64,000 nucleotides of DNA from Escherichia phage ES19. The stretch lies in sequence record MN508616.2. One strand, 5' to 3'. The translations under genes were made by a program, and so were the position numbers. Under the pieces are notes generated by a model. The model searched no databases and had not been told where the DNA came from. It worked only from the letters and a program-made list of their open reading frames with translations. This document shows positions 20,126-29,026 of the stretch, piece after piece (positions within the stretch are counted from its first letter, which is position 1; each line of letters opens with the position of its first letter).

Positions 20126-21028
20126 TTAAGATTTAAGTAAATCAACAATTTTAATTAATTTTTCACGCTCAGATTTAGCTTTACTACTCAATCCAGATAG
20201 TCTGAAAATTTCATCGTCATATTGTTGAATAGAAATATTCAGCTCTTCAATTTGCTTATTAAAATAATCAATTTGTTCAGAATGTTTTTCGTTACTACGA
20301 ACTGGTACAGGTTTTGTAGGCAATTTAGTTGAACTGGATTCATCCGGGCGATAAATTAAAATACAACTTGAACCAATCGGACATTTAGCACCAGATGAAT
20401 ATTCTAATGTTCCGGCTTCTTTTAAAACTTCAAAAGCTAAACAGAGATGATGCCCCATATTAACATAATCTGTAGAGTGAGCTCTGATATAATAATCATC
20501 GCCACGAATACTAAATTTAAAGCATTTAAGGTCTTCTGTATTATTAGTTTTAAAAATCATCTGTTTATCTAAACCTTTAGCTAATCGAGCGCCTAATGCT
20601 AATAATCGTCGTTGATTTTCCCACAAATCTGCGATCATTTGGTCAAATGATAATTTCGGCATTAGTCGACCATAAAGGTCATATCCTTTATTATAATTGC
20701 GAAGGATTTCACTCGCATTAATACGAGACAACGCTCCAATTTTATTAAGGGCTTTCATGATGCGATTAGATAAACCCATTCCAGACCCATTTGTTCGTTG
20801 TAAATGTTTTTCTAATCCAAATCCAATATCAACTTTAAATTTATCTAAAATTTCAGCATGAACATCTCTGTCAATAACATTCAAATCCAAAGTTGGGTTA
20901 AATCTATGAAAAAATTTATCTGGCTCTCCACGACGAAGTACAGTCCATTCATTTAATTTTTTATTAACTAAAGATTTAATTACTGCATTGACATTATTAA
21001 TTACTACTGACATATTTTTCTCACTCAA
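20126..21028 (-). CDS. hypothetical protein with C-terminal coiled coil (nrdC.6 position)
   Basis: 300-aa ORF. Confidence 0.5.
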   Translation of the reverse strand: MSEKNMSVVINNVNAVIKSLVNKKLNEWTVLRRGEPDKFFHRFNPTLDLNVIDRDVHAEILDKFKVDIGFGLEKHLQRTNGSGMGLSNRIMKALNKIGALSRINASEILRNYNKGYDLYGRLMPKLSFDQMIADLWENQRRLLALGARLAKGLDKQMIFKTNNTEDLKCFKFSIRGDDYYIRAHSTDYVNMGHHLCLAFEVLKEAGTLEYSSGAKCPIGSSCILIYRPDESSSTKLPTKPVPVRSNEKHSEQIDYFNKQIEELNISIQQYDDEIFRLSGLSSKAKSEREKLIKIVDLLKS

Positions 21029-21429
21029 TTTTCAATTTTACTAAATACACAGAATATGATGGAAAAGACTATATAAGCACCGCATACAGATTGAACTAAT
21101 ACCATTCCAAAGAACCAAACAATATTATCAAACAATGTCTGTTTTACGTCGAAAGGACGTAAACTTACAGTAATATTATCGCCTTTTTCTATTGATGAAT
21201 ACATCTCTGGTGAAATATATTCACTAAATCTATAACCGTCTTTGAGTTCATATACGGCAATAAACGATAAACTAGACCCCTTTCCTTGAGTTCCTGTAAG
21301 GGTATTAACTACAGTAACATCATAATCTTTATAATGCATATAATCATTAATTGCATAATAACCATATGCAACTACTACACATAAACAACATATCAATAAA
21401 TTCAATCTTTTAATTATCAACTGTTTCAT
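21025..21429 (-). CDS. membrane protein (nrdC.7 position)
   Basis: 134 aa with N- and C-terminal hydrophobic segments. Confidence 0.5.
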   Translation of the reverse strand: MKQLIIKRLNLLICCLCVVVAYGYYAINDYMHYKDYDVTVVNTLTGTQGKGSSLSFIAVYELKDGYRFSEYISPEMYSSIEKGDNITVSLRPFDVKQTLFDNIVWFFGMVLVQSVCGAYIVFSIIFCVFSKIEN

Positions 21430-21484
21430 AATAATCTCAATTAAAAGGGCTTAGAACCATTATACCATCCTTGGTATAAAGCGG

Positions 21485-22012
21485 TTATGCGAGTACCGTC
21501 TTTAACCGTTCTTCAAATTTCCGAAGAGTGTTCTGGCGTTCAGCTCTTTGCTTTTTATAAGTTTCAATACGCTCTGAAATGAGAGTGTATCGTTCATTTA
21601 CTGATTCTTTCATAAAATCAGGAATTTCACGAGAAGCTTTAATCTCGTCAAATTTATCAATAACTGCTTGCTCTTCAGCAATTAAGTTATCATACATCAA
21701 AATATCTTTCTTGATGAACTCAATATCTTCTTGAGTTACACGAGATAATTTAGATGCTTTATCCTTTTTGTACTGTTCGTTAGTATCACGAGACCAGTGT
21801 AATGTACGATTTTTATTCGTATTCTTGTAAATTTCTACAATACCAATCTCATCGATAATAACGATCCAATTCCAACGAGATTTGTAAATTTGTCCTCCGT
21901 CAACCGTGATTTCACCTCCGATTGAGATGTCATTAAAGAACTTGCTTTGTGCTTCAGATTTAAATTTACCATCATTGTAGTTTACCAAGTTGAAAATATC
22001 TTTAGCATTCAT
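21485..22012 (-). CDS. hypothetical protein (nrdC.8 position)
   Basis: 175 aa from ATG at 22012 with strong RBS GGAGGAACAAAA; the track start is an extension into the promoter. Confidence 0.5.
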   Translation of the reverse strand: MNAKDIFNLVNYNDGKFKSEAQSKFFNDISIGGEITVDGGQIYKSRWNWIVIIDEIGIVEIYKNTNKNRTLHWSRDTNEQYKKDKASKLSRVTQEDIEFIKKDILMYDNLIAEEQAVIDKFDEIKASREIPDFMKESVNERYTLISERIETYKKQRAERQNTLRKFEERLKTVLA

Positions 22013-22039
22013 TTTTGTTCCTCCGTAGTTGATAGTTGT

Positions 22040-22068
22040 ATAGTACCACAGAGGAATGGTCTTGTAAA
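22040..22068 (-). promoter_or_regulatory. sigma70-type early promoter (TTTACA-17-TACTAT, extended TGG)
   Basis: Minus strand GGTTTACAAGACCATTCCTCTGTGGTACTATACAACTATCAACT; near-identical modules at 23479..23507 and 37574..37602. Confidence 0.5.
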
Positions 22069-22071
22069 CCA

Positions 22072-22386
22072 CTAAAAGAAACTTCTTTCACAATTTTTTC
22101 CACTGAACCAAGCGCTCACTGCTTTCTTAGTCTCAGGAGCAGTGTTATCCATAAACCATTCAAAAGCAGCCTTTTTATGATTCTGGAGGGCTTCTCGGGC
22201 TTTAATCTGCTCACGGTCTATTAACACTAACATATGAGCCTTTCTTGTCACCAAGGGCTTCTTATGATTCTTGGAGTATTCCCAGTCATTTGTCCAACGC
22301 ATTGTCGTTGCGAACTGATGAACCGCGTCTTTAATTTTAGTTTCGTAAATTTCACGAGCCTTTGAGTATAACATCACTACCTCCAT
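22072..22386 (-). CDS. hypothetical protein (nrdC.9 position)
   Basis: 104-aa ORF. Confidence 0.45.
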   Translation of the reverse strand: MEVVMLYSKAREIYETKIKDAVHQFATTMRWTNDWEYSKNHKKPLVTRKAHMLVLIDREQIKAREALQNHKKAAFEWFMDNTAPETKKAVSAWFSGKNCERSFF

Positions 22387-22475
22387 TTACCAGTTTAATT
22401 CTAATCATCTTTTTGATGGCAGTCCATATAATCTATTTCTGAACTGCCTTTTTGTCATAGAAGGCCTCTTATGAA

Positions 22476-23456
22476 TTATTTCAGAAGAGTAACCTCAGCG
22501 ATTTCTTCCCAACCGTTTTTGTCGGTCATAATAAAGTCAGCAAGATAAAGTGCAGTACGCAGTGAAACATTGCGTAAACGATTAACATTGACTTTCATCC
22601 ATGATAATGCTTTATAAGTTTCTTCATCAGAAAGACCGCGTTTTTGCATCATGTCAGTTGAAAGAATAACATCTTCAACCCTGACCATAATTTCTTCATT
22701 AGTGTGAACACCCAAATCTAAATAAACCGAGCGGGAAACTAATGCTTGTAAATGTGGAGCAAGTTTAGTACCACGGTCTAATTCGCGGTCAATGTCAACG
22801 TTTGTGATAAAAACAATCGTTCCTTTAAATTCAAACTCACGCTCAATGCCTTTTTCTTCTAAGTAAGAAGATGCAGTGCTCCAGCAGACTTTGCGGGTCT
22901 CTCCGGTGTCCAGAGCAGCTTTCAGAAGATTAAGAATGTCCATATCAGAGAAAACATCCACATCATCAATCAAAAGTACAGAATTCTCTTCACGATTATT
23001 CCAAAGCTGCTCATAAAGACCAATACCAGAGATTTTACCATTAATGCTTTTATATTCAATGTATCCAATATCATTTGCTTTATTTAAAGCTTTATCTAAA
23101 GAATACGTTTTACCAATACCCGCCGCACCAGAGATAATTAATGAACGAATGTTTCCGTTAATAATACCATTCGTCATCATTCCCATAACATTAAATCTTT
23201 TATTAATGCGGGTTTTCATATCTTCATACGATTCTTTAACTTCTTCAACTTTTACACCATCATATGAAATGTCTGATTTGTAAACCCAAACACCGCGACG
23301 CTTACCGTCAATTTCAACAAAAACTTTACCATCTCCTTGTGCATCTACCGGAGCATTATCTGGGAACCATTCACCTAAGAGCTCAAAAGTTCCAGAGATT
23401 TCTTTACCGAAGTAGATACCCTTATTGATAGTTACAGTTTTCATTTTATTCTCCAA
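22476..23456 (-). CDS. P-loop ATPase of unknown function (nrdC.10 position)
   Basis: 326 aa; Walker A GAAGIGKT and Walker B VLLIDDVD read directly. Confidence 0.55.
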   Translation of the reverse strand: MENKMKTVTINKGIYFGKEISGTFELLGEWFPDNAPVDAQGDGKVFVEIDGKRRGVWVYKSDISYDGVKVEEVKESYEDMKTRINKRFNVMGMMTNGIINGNIRSLIISGAAGIGKTYSLDKALNKANDIGYIEYKSINGKISGIGLYEQLWNNREENSVLLIDDVDVFSDMDILNLLKAALDTGETRKVCWSTASSYLEEKGIEREFEFKGTIVFITNVDIDRELDRGTKLAPHLQALVSRSVYLDLGVHTNEEIMVRVEDVILSTDMMQKRGLSDEETYKALSWMKVNVNRLRNVSLRTALYLADFIMTDKNGWEEIAEVTLLK

Positions 23457-23478
23457 ATCCGTATCAGTTGATAGTTGT

Positions 23479-23507
23479 ATAGTACCATAAAGCTTTATGT
23501 TTGTAAA
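23479..23507 (-). promoter_or_regulatory. sigma70-type early promoter
   Basis: tgtaaa ... atagta on plus = TTTACA-17-TACTAT on minus, with upstream A/T-rich region. Confidence 0.5.
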
Positions 23508-23540
23508 CCGTTTTGTGAAAAATTTTTGAAATAAAAAAAA

Positions 23541-23560
23541 AGGGAGCCCGAAGGCTCCCT
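23541..23560 (-). terminator. rho-independent terminator (8-bp GC stem, UUCG loop, U-tract)
   Basis: agggagcc-cgaa-ggctccct preceded on plus by A9; immediately after the stop of 23562..24575. Confidence 0.6.
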
Positions 23561-23561
23561 A

Positions 23562-24575
23562 TCATTTATAATAACTTCGGTGGTTTTCAAGATAGACCTT
23601 CTCAAGGAAGTCATCCCAGAAACCCATGTCTACTTTTTGCTGCATACCGTTCTTAGAAGCTTCAGTAGATGCTGCTTCTACTTGATCGACCACATCTTCC
23701 AAAAACTCTTGAACAGTTTTAAATGGATGTTTACCCAACTTCACGTCGAGAATAAATGGAGCGTCTTGAAGTGGATAGACTAAGTCACCAGTTTTGTAAA
23801 TTTCCAATAGTTGGAGTCCACCACGGCAAGCATGACTCAGAGCTTTCCAGTCAATGCCCTCATTCGCTTCAGCCTTACGAGCACGTTCGCCGTATTCAGC
23901 ATCAAGTTTATTCAAAGATTGCTTAAGCTCAATAAGAGAAAGTGTTGTTTGATATTTACGACCCAACACAGTGTAGAACGTTTGTGGGCCTGTTTTCTCA
24001 TGATTATGGAATACCCATTCACAGAATTCGTTCTCTGGAAGACGATGCTTAATATCTTCAACTTTAGTTCGACGCTGCTTAATGGAACCGTCTTCTTGGT
24101 AATCAACCCATTGCTCAGGGATTTGATTAACTACTTTCAATACATCACGTAATGCGGCCAAACGAGAACCCTTAACACCGTATTTAGAAGCTTGCTTGCG
24201 AACATATCCTAAATAGGATTTCATGTTAGTCGTATAAAAACGAGAACGATTATCTTGGATAAACTTCCATACATCAGGCAAATCAGATTTAACCACTAGT
24301 TCAGGCGGAGTGTGAAGCATATCCAATGCTACAGTTTCACCATCTGCCGCTAATTTAAAGAAATACTTAAGACTGTATAGTTCATGGTCAATATCATCTT
24401 TAGTGTTTTTAGATGATGTGTTGTTAGTGTTTTTGCTCATATGCTCTTTAACATTTCCGATAAGAATATCGCGAGCAGGAGGAACAAAAATTTCTTTAAA
24501 ATCTACATCAGATTCTGGAGTAGAAGTTCCATAAAGATGACTACCAAAATAGCTTTTCATTACTGTTTTCATCAT
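23562..24575 (-). CDS. predicted nucleotidyltransferase-fold protein (nrdC.11 position)
   Basis: 337 aa; N-terminal FGSHLYGTSTPESDVDF fits the Pol-beta-type NTase motif GS-x(10)-DxD. Confidence 0.5.
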   Translation of the reverse strand: MMKTVMKSYFGSHLYGTSTPESDVDFKEIFVPPARDILIGNVKEHMSKNTNNTSSKNTKDDIDHELYSLKYFFKLAADGETVALDMLHTPPELVVKSDLPDVWKFIQDNRSRFYTTNMKSYLGYVRKQASKYGVKGSRLAALRDVLKVVNQIPEQWVDYQEDGSIKQRRTKVEDIKHRLPENEFCEWVFHNHEKTGPQTFYTVLGRKYQTTLSLIELKQSLNKLDAEYGERARKAEANEGIDWKALSHACRGGLQLLEIYKTGDLVYPLQDAPFILDVKLGKHPFKTVQEFLEDVVDQVEAASTEASKNGMQQKVDMGFWDDFLEKVYLENHRSYYK

Positions 24576-25033
24576 TCAGCCTTATATTCAATAACAGGAC
24601 ATACTTTAGCTTTACGCGCTTTTAAAAATTCGACGATAATAGATTTCTTGGGTTGAATAGGAGGTAAACCTTTATACGCCCTATCAATATTTTCTACATG
24701 TAAAGCATAATCCTTTTTCCATTTATAATCTTTATATTTTTCATGCAGTTGTGCAGGAATAACAAATGAACCAATAATAAGTAAAATAAGCAAAATGGCA
24801 AGTATAAATGCTGATGGAATAAGAGTCCATAAACTACCAAAAATAAGCCATTTCTGTATGATTTCTGCGCAGATAATAGTTAGACCTGCGAGTATAGTAC
24901 ATCCGAAAAAAGAAACGAAAAATGTAGGGATAACAATAGACCAAAAGTATGCACACAGTGTCTTAGGTCGTTTCCATTCGTCGTTAAACAGTTTGAATAA
25001 TTTATAGTGCCAAGAGTTTTCATTAATAATCAT
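24572..25033 (-). CDS. membrane protein
   Basis: 153 aa with two long hydrophobic segments. Confidence 0.45.
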   Translation of the reverse strand: MIINENSWHYKLFKLFNDEWKRPKTLCAYFWSIVIPTFFVSFFGCTILAGLTIICAEIIQKWLIFGSLWTLIPSAFILAILLILLIIGSFVIPAQLHEKYKDYKWKKDYALHVENIDRAYKGLPPIQPKKSIIVEFLKARKAKVCPVIEYKAE

Positions 25034-25035
25034 AA

Positions 25036-25557
25036 TTATCCTTTCATTGAAGGTGTAACAGTTGTTAAATACTTAATCATAGCTTCAGCTTCTGATTTTG
25101 ATAATGAAATTTCTCCATTGTTTTGACGAATAGAAATAAAATCCGGATGACGGTCACCACCAGCTTTTAAAACACACATATAAGTATCAGTTTCATCTTC
25201 AATATCTGAAATGATTGAAGCAGTTCCACATGAATGTGGTTTTTGATAAATCAATACAGCTTTTCTTCCACCGTTTGACTGTTCATAAACTTTTAACACA
25301 TCAAACAAATCGCTTCTTTTATCAATAGCTAAGATGTTGTTTTCATCTTCAATATTAAATCCTTCGGATACTTCATAAAGTGTCACCCATAAATCACCAA
25401 TATCAATAACAGCGTTCACTTTTCCATGACTTTCAAGAGCATTACAAATTTTCTTAATTTCATCATAACTCATTTTAATAATATCATCTCCTTGAATAAG
25501 GAAGATGTCATTTTTAAATTCAACACGAATTAAACCACTTCCACTTGAAATAAACAT
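25036..25557 (-). CDS. hypothetical protein, tandem paralog A
   Basis: 173 aa; C-terminus (SEAEAMIKYLTTVTPSMKG) resembles that of the adjacent ORF. Confidence 0.45.
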   Translation of the reverse strand: MFISSGSGLIRVEFKNDIFLIQGDDIIKMSYDEIKKICNALESHGKVNAVIDIGDLWVTLYEVSEGFNIEDENNILAIDKRSDLFDVLKVYEQSNGGRKAVLIYQKPHSCGTASIISDIEDETDTYMCVLKAGGDRHPDFISIRQNNGEISLSKSEAEAMIKYLTTVTPSMKG

Positions 25558-25563
25558 ATTTCC

Positions 25564-26121
25564 TCACTTTGAAATCATAGTTGGAATGACAGAATCGAGA
25601 TAAGTCTTTAGCGCAATAGCTTCGTCTTTGGTAAATGTGACAATATACGATCGAAAATCATCAATTTGACGAATAGTTAAGACATCACCATCTTCATAGC
25701 ATTTTGATACGTTTAAAACAGTTTCATCATTCTGATTGCAAGCGTTAGTAATAATAGCATTGCAATTTTTGAGCCATTTTAAACTATGTTTTCTTTCATT
25801 AGAATAATAAAAATATTTAATCTTATCTATAAAACTATCCCAATGGATAACTGATAAACACATTGACTCACTTTTAATATTAAATCCTGGGCATGAAGAA
25901 TAAAAATGAATTTTGTGCTCATCATTGATGCTTACTATTTTATCAGTATAAGGATATTCAATTTGGGTTAAATGAATGATTTCACTAGGCGTAAAATATA
26001 GCATATCGTCTTCTTGTGTCAAACGATACATATTATTTACTTTTTCTATAGCTAATTCACCAAAAAGCGGACTAACTTCTAATACTAATCGTTTCATATT
26101 GATTCTCTTCGACTCACCCAC
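25564..26121 (-). CDS. hypothetical protein, tandem paralog B
   Basis: 185 aa; C-terminus KDEAIALKTYLDSVIPTMISK; start codon may be GTG. Confidence 0.45.
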   Translation of the reverse strand: MGESKRINMKRLVLEVSPLFGELAIEKVNNMYRLTQEDDMLYFTPSEIIHLTQIEYPYTDKIVSINDEHKIHFYSSCPGFNIKSESMCLSVIHWDSFIDKIKYFYYSNERKHSLKWLKNCNAIITNACNQNDETVLNVSKCYEDGDVLTIRQIDDFRSYIVTFTKDEAIALKTYLDSVIPTMISK

Positions 26122-26123
26122 AA

Positions 26124-26228
26124 TTACATACTCCTTTGAATAATATCAATAATGTTGTTCACCAGATTATAAGTAAACATTGGATAATTATATTGAATCA
26201 TCACATACACAACAAACAAAACTTTCAT
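26124..26228 (-). CDS. possible small hydrophobic peptide (34 aa)
   Basis: ATG at 26228 with RBS AAGGAGAAGAGA just downstream of the promoter at 26257..26285. Confidence 0.3.
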   Translation of the reverse strand: MKVLFVVYVMIQYNYPMFTYNLVNNIIDIIQRSM

Positions 26229-26256
26229 TCTCTTCTCCTTGGCAGTTGACAAGATT

Positions 26257-26285
26257 ACTATATCATAACCTTGCCAACTTGTAAA
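26257..26285 (-). promoter_or_regulatory. sigma70-type early promoter (TTTACA-17-TATAGT, extended TGA)
   Basis: Read on the minus strand. Confidence 0.4.
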
Positions 26286-26288
26286 CCA

Positions 26289-26462
26289 TTAAATGACGTT
26301 TTCAATAAAATTCTGAAGCTTTGTGTGAGCATCAACCATGATTTTCATTTCTTCCTTTGCGAAAGCTGTACCTCTTTCCCTAGCAGAATACTCATAGTCA
26401 GAAACTGCATTAGCATATTCTTCAATTAGCTTCATTAAAAACATCTGCTTTTCAGTTTTCAT
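26289..26462 (-). CDS. small ORF (57 aa) below the track threshold
   Basis: ATG at 26462 with RBS AGGTGG; hand translation MKTEKQMFLMKLIEEYANAVSDYEYSARERG... Confidence 0.35.
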   Translation of the reverse strand: MKTEKQMFLMKLIEEYANAVSDYEYSARERGTAFAKEEMKIMVDAHTKLQNFIENVI

Positions 26463-26646
26463 TATTCCACCTAATCATTTCAAGATATTGAACTAACTTA
26501 GCTTTGGATTTATCCAAATCCTTTTTAGCTGCTTCTATACCATCGTATGAGTATCCTTCACAATGCTCAACTGCTAATTGATATGAATCTATTTCAACAT
26601 CACGTGCTAATTTAATAATTTTTTCAAACTGTTCACGTGTTAGCAT
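26452..26646 (-). CDS. hypothetical protein
   Basis: 64-aa ORF. Confidence 0.4.
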   Translation of the reverse strand: MLTREQFEKIIKLARDVEIDSYQLAVEHCEGYSYDGIEAAKKDLDKSKAKLVQYLEMIRWNNEN

Positions 26647-26648
26647 AC

Positions 26649-26888
26649 TTAAACTCTCGTATTATGATCGATAATTTCATCAAGAAACATATCTAAAGCT
26701 TCTACAGCATTATCAACTTTAGCTTCAAATTTTTCAATACCTTTATTTGCAATGCCTGCCGAAAACCAAGCAAAGTCACTAAGTTCCTCATCTGCTTTGC
26801 GAATTAAAGCTACCAATTCTTTAATTTTATCTGCTTGTTCAATTCTAGTCATTATTCCACCACATATGAAAGAGAGAATATTGCACAC
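26649..26888 (-). CDS. hypothetical protein
   Basis: 79-aa ORF. Confidence 0.45.
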   Translation of the reverse strand: MCNILSFICGGIMTRIEQADKIKELVALIRKADEELSDFAWFSAGIANKGIEKFEAKVDNAVEALDMFLDEIIDHNTRV

Positions 26889-27040
26889 GCCATATGAGTT
26901 GCAGCTTCATCACACATATCATAACGTTTCTTAAGAAGTTCTACAAGTTCTTCACTAGTAACTTCATCCATGTCGACGAAAAAATCACCATTAATGATGA
27001 CGTAGATATTTCCTTCTTGATTGAGTGCTTCAATTTTCAT
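26852..27040 (-). CDS. hypothetical protein
   Basis: 62 aa from ATG at 27040 with RBS AGAGGAGAA; the track start lies within the promoter. Confidence 0.4.
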   Translation of the reverse strand: MKIEALNQEGNIYVIINGDFFVDMDEVTSEELVELLKKRYDMCDEAATHMACAIFSLSYVVE

Positions 27041-27068
27041 GATGTTCTCCTCTTTATCCGATGGTTGT

Positions 27069-27097
27069 ATAGTATCACAGCTCAAATTGAAAGTAAA
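27069..27097 (-). promoter_or_regulatory. sigma70-type early promoter (TTTACT-17-TACTAT)
   Basis: Read on the minus strand. Confidence 0.4.
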
Positions 27098-27114
27098 CTG
27101 GTAAAATGAAAAAA

Positions 27115-27130
27115 GTCTCCCGAAGGAGAC
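27115..27130 (-). terminator. stem-loop gtctcc-cgaa-ggagac with U-tract after the rI.-1 stop
   Basis: Preceded on plus by aaaaa. Confidence 0.5.
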
Positions 27131-27135
27131 TAATG

Positions 27136-27522
27136 TTATTCGAGGGAAAGAAGATATTTGCTCTGGTAAAACATCCCAGTAATATCATCTATCGTGCTTT
27201 GAATGGCTGGAGGCATTTCTTTATAAATGCTGTTAGATTGGTCTAGTATGTGATCAATCATTCTAATTGTGTCGGTAGGAAGTTTACTGGCATCTGGAAT
27301 AGAAGGCGTGTATTTTCTACCAGAATACCCCAAATATTGCTCACCAAATTTATCAATCAAATCTGGCAACTCAGAGAAAATAAAATCGTATGCTTTGTGT
27401 CTAGCATAACTTTTAGTTTCAAAATGCGCAGAATGAAAATAAGCTTGTGCAGCCATTAATAAACCTAAGTATTCATCTGCCTTTGAAGGTTTTCCACTTT
27501 GTGAAAAGTCGCTGAATTTCAT
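27136..27522 (-). CDS. hypothetical protein (rI.-1 position)
   Basis: 128-aa ORF immediately downstream of rI. Confidence 0.5.
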   Translation of the reverse strand: MKFSDFSQSGKPSKADEYLGLLMAAQAYFHSAHFETKSYARHKAYDFIFSELPDLIDKFGEQYLGYSGRKYTPSIPDASKLPTDTIRMIDHILDQSNSIYKEMPPAIQSTIDDITGMFYQSKYLLSLE

Positions 27523-27812
27523 TCAGTCTCCAATTTAATGTTCATAATTCTAGCGTATGATTGTGCCATCTCCGCGCCTCGCTCTATACATTCAAAATCG
27601 GAAGAGCACGGGTCATTTTTATAAGTCGTTCGCATAAAACTATAGAACTGTTCAGATGATTCTACGCTTTTGTTTTCAAAAAGCATATAAACGTGTCTAA
27701 TACCAGATTCCATAAATTTATCAAAATGAGGATCGACATTCGCTTCAATTGGTGGAGATAAAGCAAACGCTAATCCTAGCATGGCAAATAGTGCCGTTGC
27801 TTTTAAGGCCAT
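27519..27812 (-). CDS. rI: lysis inhibition regulator RI
   Basis: 97 aa with N-terminal hydrophobic signal-anchor (MALKATALFAMLGLAFALS); T4 RI length and position upstream of tk. Confidence 0.8.
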   Translation of the reverse strand: MALKATALFAMLGLAFALSPPIEANVDPHFDKFMESGIRHVYMLFENKSVESSEQFYSFMRTTYKNDPCSSDFECIERGAEMAQSYARIMNIKLETE

Positions 27813-27824
27813 AAAGGCCTCCTA

Positions 27825-28037
27825 TCATTTTTGTCCTGTATTTACTTTATGCCGATGCACGGCCTTAACTTTATCAAGGTATTTTTCAAAATTTCGCAAT
27901 CTAGTATAGTCTGCCGGAGATTGGTTGAGTGATACTTCTCGACGCAAAGCTGAAATGATATTTCCAACTTCCCTACGAATTTCATCTAATTGAAGAACAG
28001 TAAGATTGCGAAGTTGCTTTTCAGTTAATTGTAGCAT
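27825..28037 (-). CDS. hypothetical protein (rI.1 position)
   Basis: 70-aa ORF. Confidence 0.45.
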
Positions 28038-28079
28038 ATATACCCCTTTAGTTAGATAAACCTATTTATAACTTTTGCA

Positions 28080-28661
28080 CTAACCGAGCTTTTTAGTTAA
28101 TTCATTCCAATGTTTTCTACACAAAGAAACATAAATTTCATCACCAATACAGATTTGATTACCTTCTTTAACTGGTGTTCCATCTTCCATTAATCGAGCT
28201 GTCATAATAGCTTTTTTACCACAATGACAAACTGCCTTTAGTTCAATAAGTTTATCTGCAATCGCCAAAAGTTCTTTAGAACCTTCAAATAATTTTCCAG
28301 CGAAATCAGTCCTTAGCCCATAAGCCATAACAGGAACATTATATGTATCAACAATTCGACTTAATTGATGCACCTGTTCAGTTTTTAAAAACTGAGCTTC
28401 ATCTACAAATACACAATGAATATCTTTTTGTGCTTCAGCCCATTTATAGAACTCAAAAATATCCATATCATCCGTAATAATATTCGCTTCCTGCTTAATT
28501 CCAATGCGAGAAACGACTTCACAGACAGAATCGCGAGTATCAATAGCAGGCTTAAGAACTAATACACCCATTCCGCGTTCTTTATAATTATGTGCAGCAG
28601 TCAAAAGAGAAGCAGATTTTCCAGCATTCATTGCTGCGTAAGTAAAAATTAAACTCGCCAT
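28080..28661 (-). CDS. tk: thymidine kinase
   Basis: 193 aa; P-loop NAGKSASLL; C-terminal Cys pairs (CHCGKK ... C..C) typical of type II TK. Confidence 0.9.
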   Translation of the reverse strand: MASLIFTYAAMNAGKSASLLTAAHNYKERGMGVLVLKPAIDTRDSVCEVVSRIGIKQEANIITDDMDIFEFYKWAEAQKDIHCVFVDEAQFLKTEQVHQLSRIVDTYNVPVMAYGLRTDFAGKLFEGSKELLAIADKLIELKAVCHCGKKAIMTARLMEDGTPVKEGNQICIGDEIYVSLCRKHWNELTKKLG

Positions 28662-28670
28662 ATCACCTTC

Positions 28671-28856
28671 TTAAAGCATATTCACATAAGCTATTAATTC
28701 GTTTTCTTTCTTATCAAACCGATCAGCAAATTCTTCTTGCTGTTCGGGAGATAGCGGGCCGTATTCATCATAAAAGGTGTTTGCTTCTGTATGCTCATCT
28801 AGAAGTTCATGGATAAGCTCAAACAATTTATCTTTTTGTTCTTTACTCAGACTCAT
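28671..28856 (-). CDS. hypothetical acidic protein (tk.1 position)
   Basis: 61-aa ORF; ATGA overlap with the upstream small ORF. Confidence 0.45.
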   Translation of the reverse strand: MSLSKEQKDKLFELIHELLDEHTEANTFYDEYGPLSPEQQEEFADRFDKKENELIAYVNML

Positions 28857-29026
28857 ATATTAATTTCCAGGAGTTTTAAAATAATTCGCTTTTGCTTAAA
28901 TATTTCCATAGTTAAATGACCAGTATCTTTTTGACCGATTCCAATGGCAAAACCTTTATTGACAGCGAGTTCAATTAAATTATCAAGCTCACGTAACACT
29001 TCATACTGTAACTCAAAACTATTCAT
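28853..29026 (-). CDS. small ORF (57 aa) below the track threshold
   Basis: ATG at 29026 forms ATGA overlap with the stop of 29023..29235, and its stop overlaps the tk.1 ATG; hand translation MNSFELQYEVLRELDNLIELAVNKGFAIGIGQKD... Confidence 0.4.
   Translation of the reverse strand: MNSFELQYEVLRELDNLIELAVNKGFAIGIGQKDTGHLTMEIFKQKRIILKLLEINI

Noticed and set aside
22036-27459. Plus-strand ORFs 22036..22224, 23044..23283, 23580..23783, 23811..24152, 24441..24656, 24795..25007, 26752..26934, 26894..27109, 27250..27459 and minus alternate frame 23912..24106
   Set aside because: Antisense or alternate-frame to supported genes; no independent signals.
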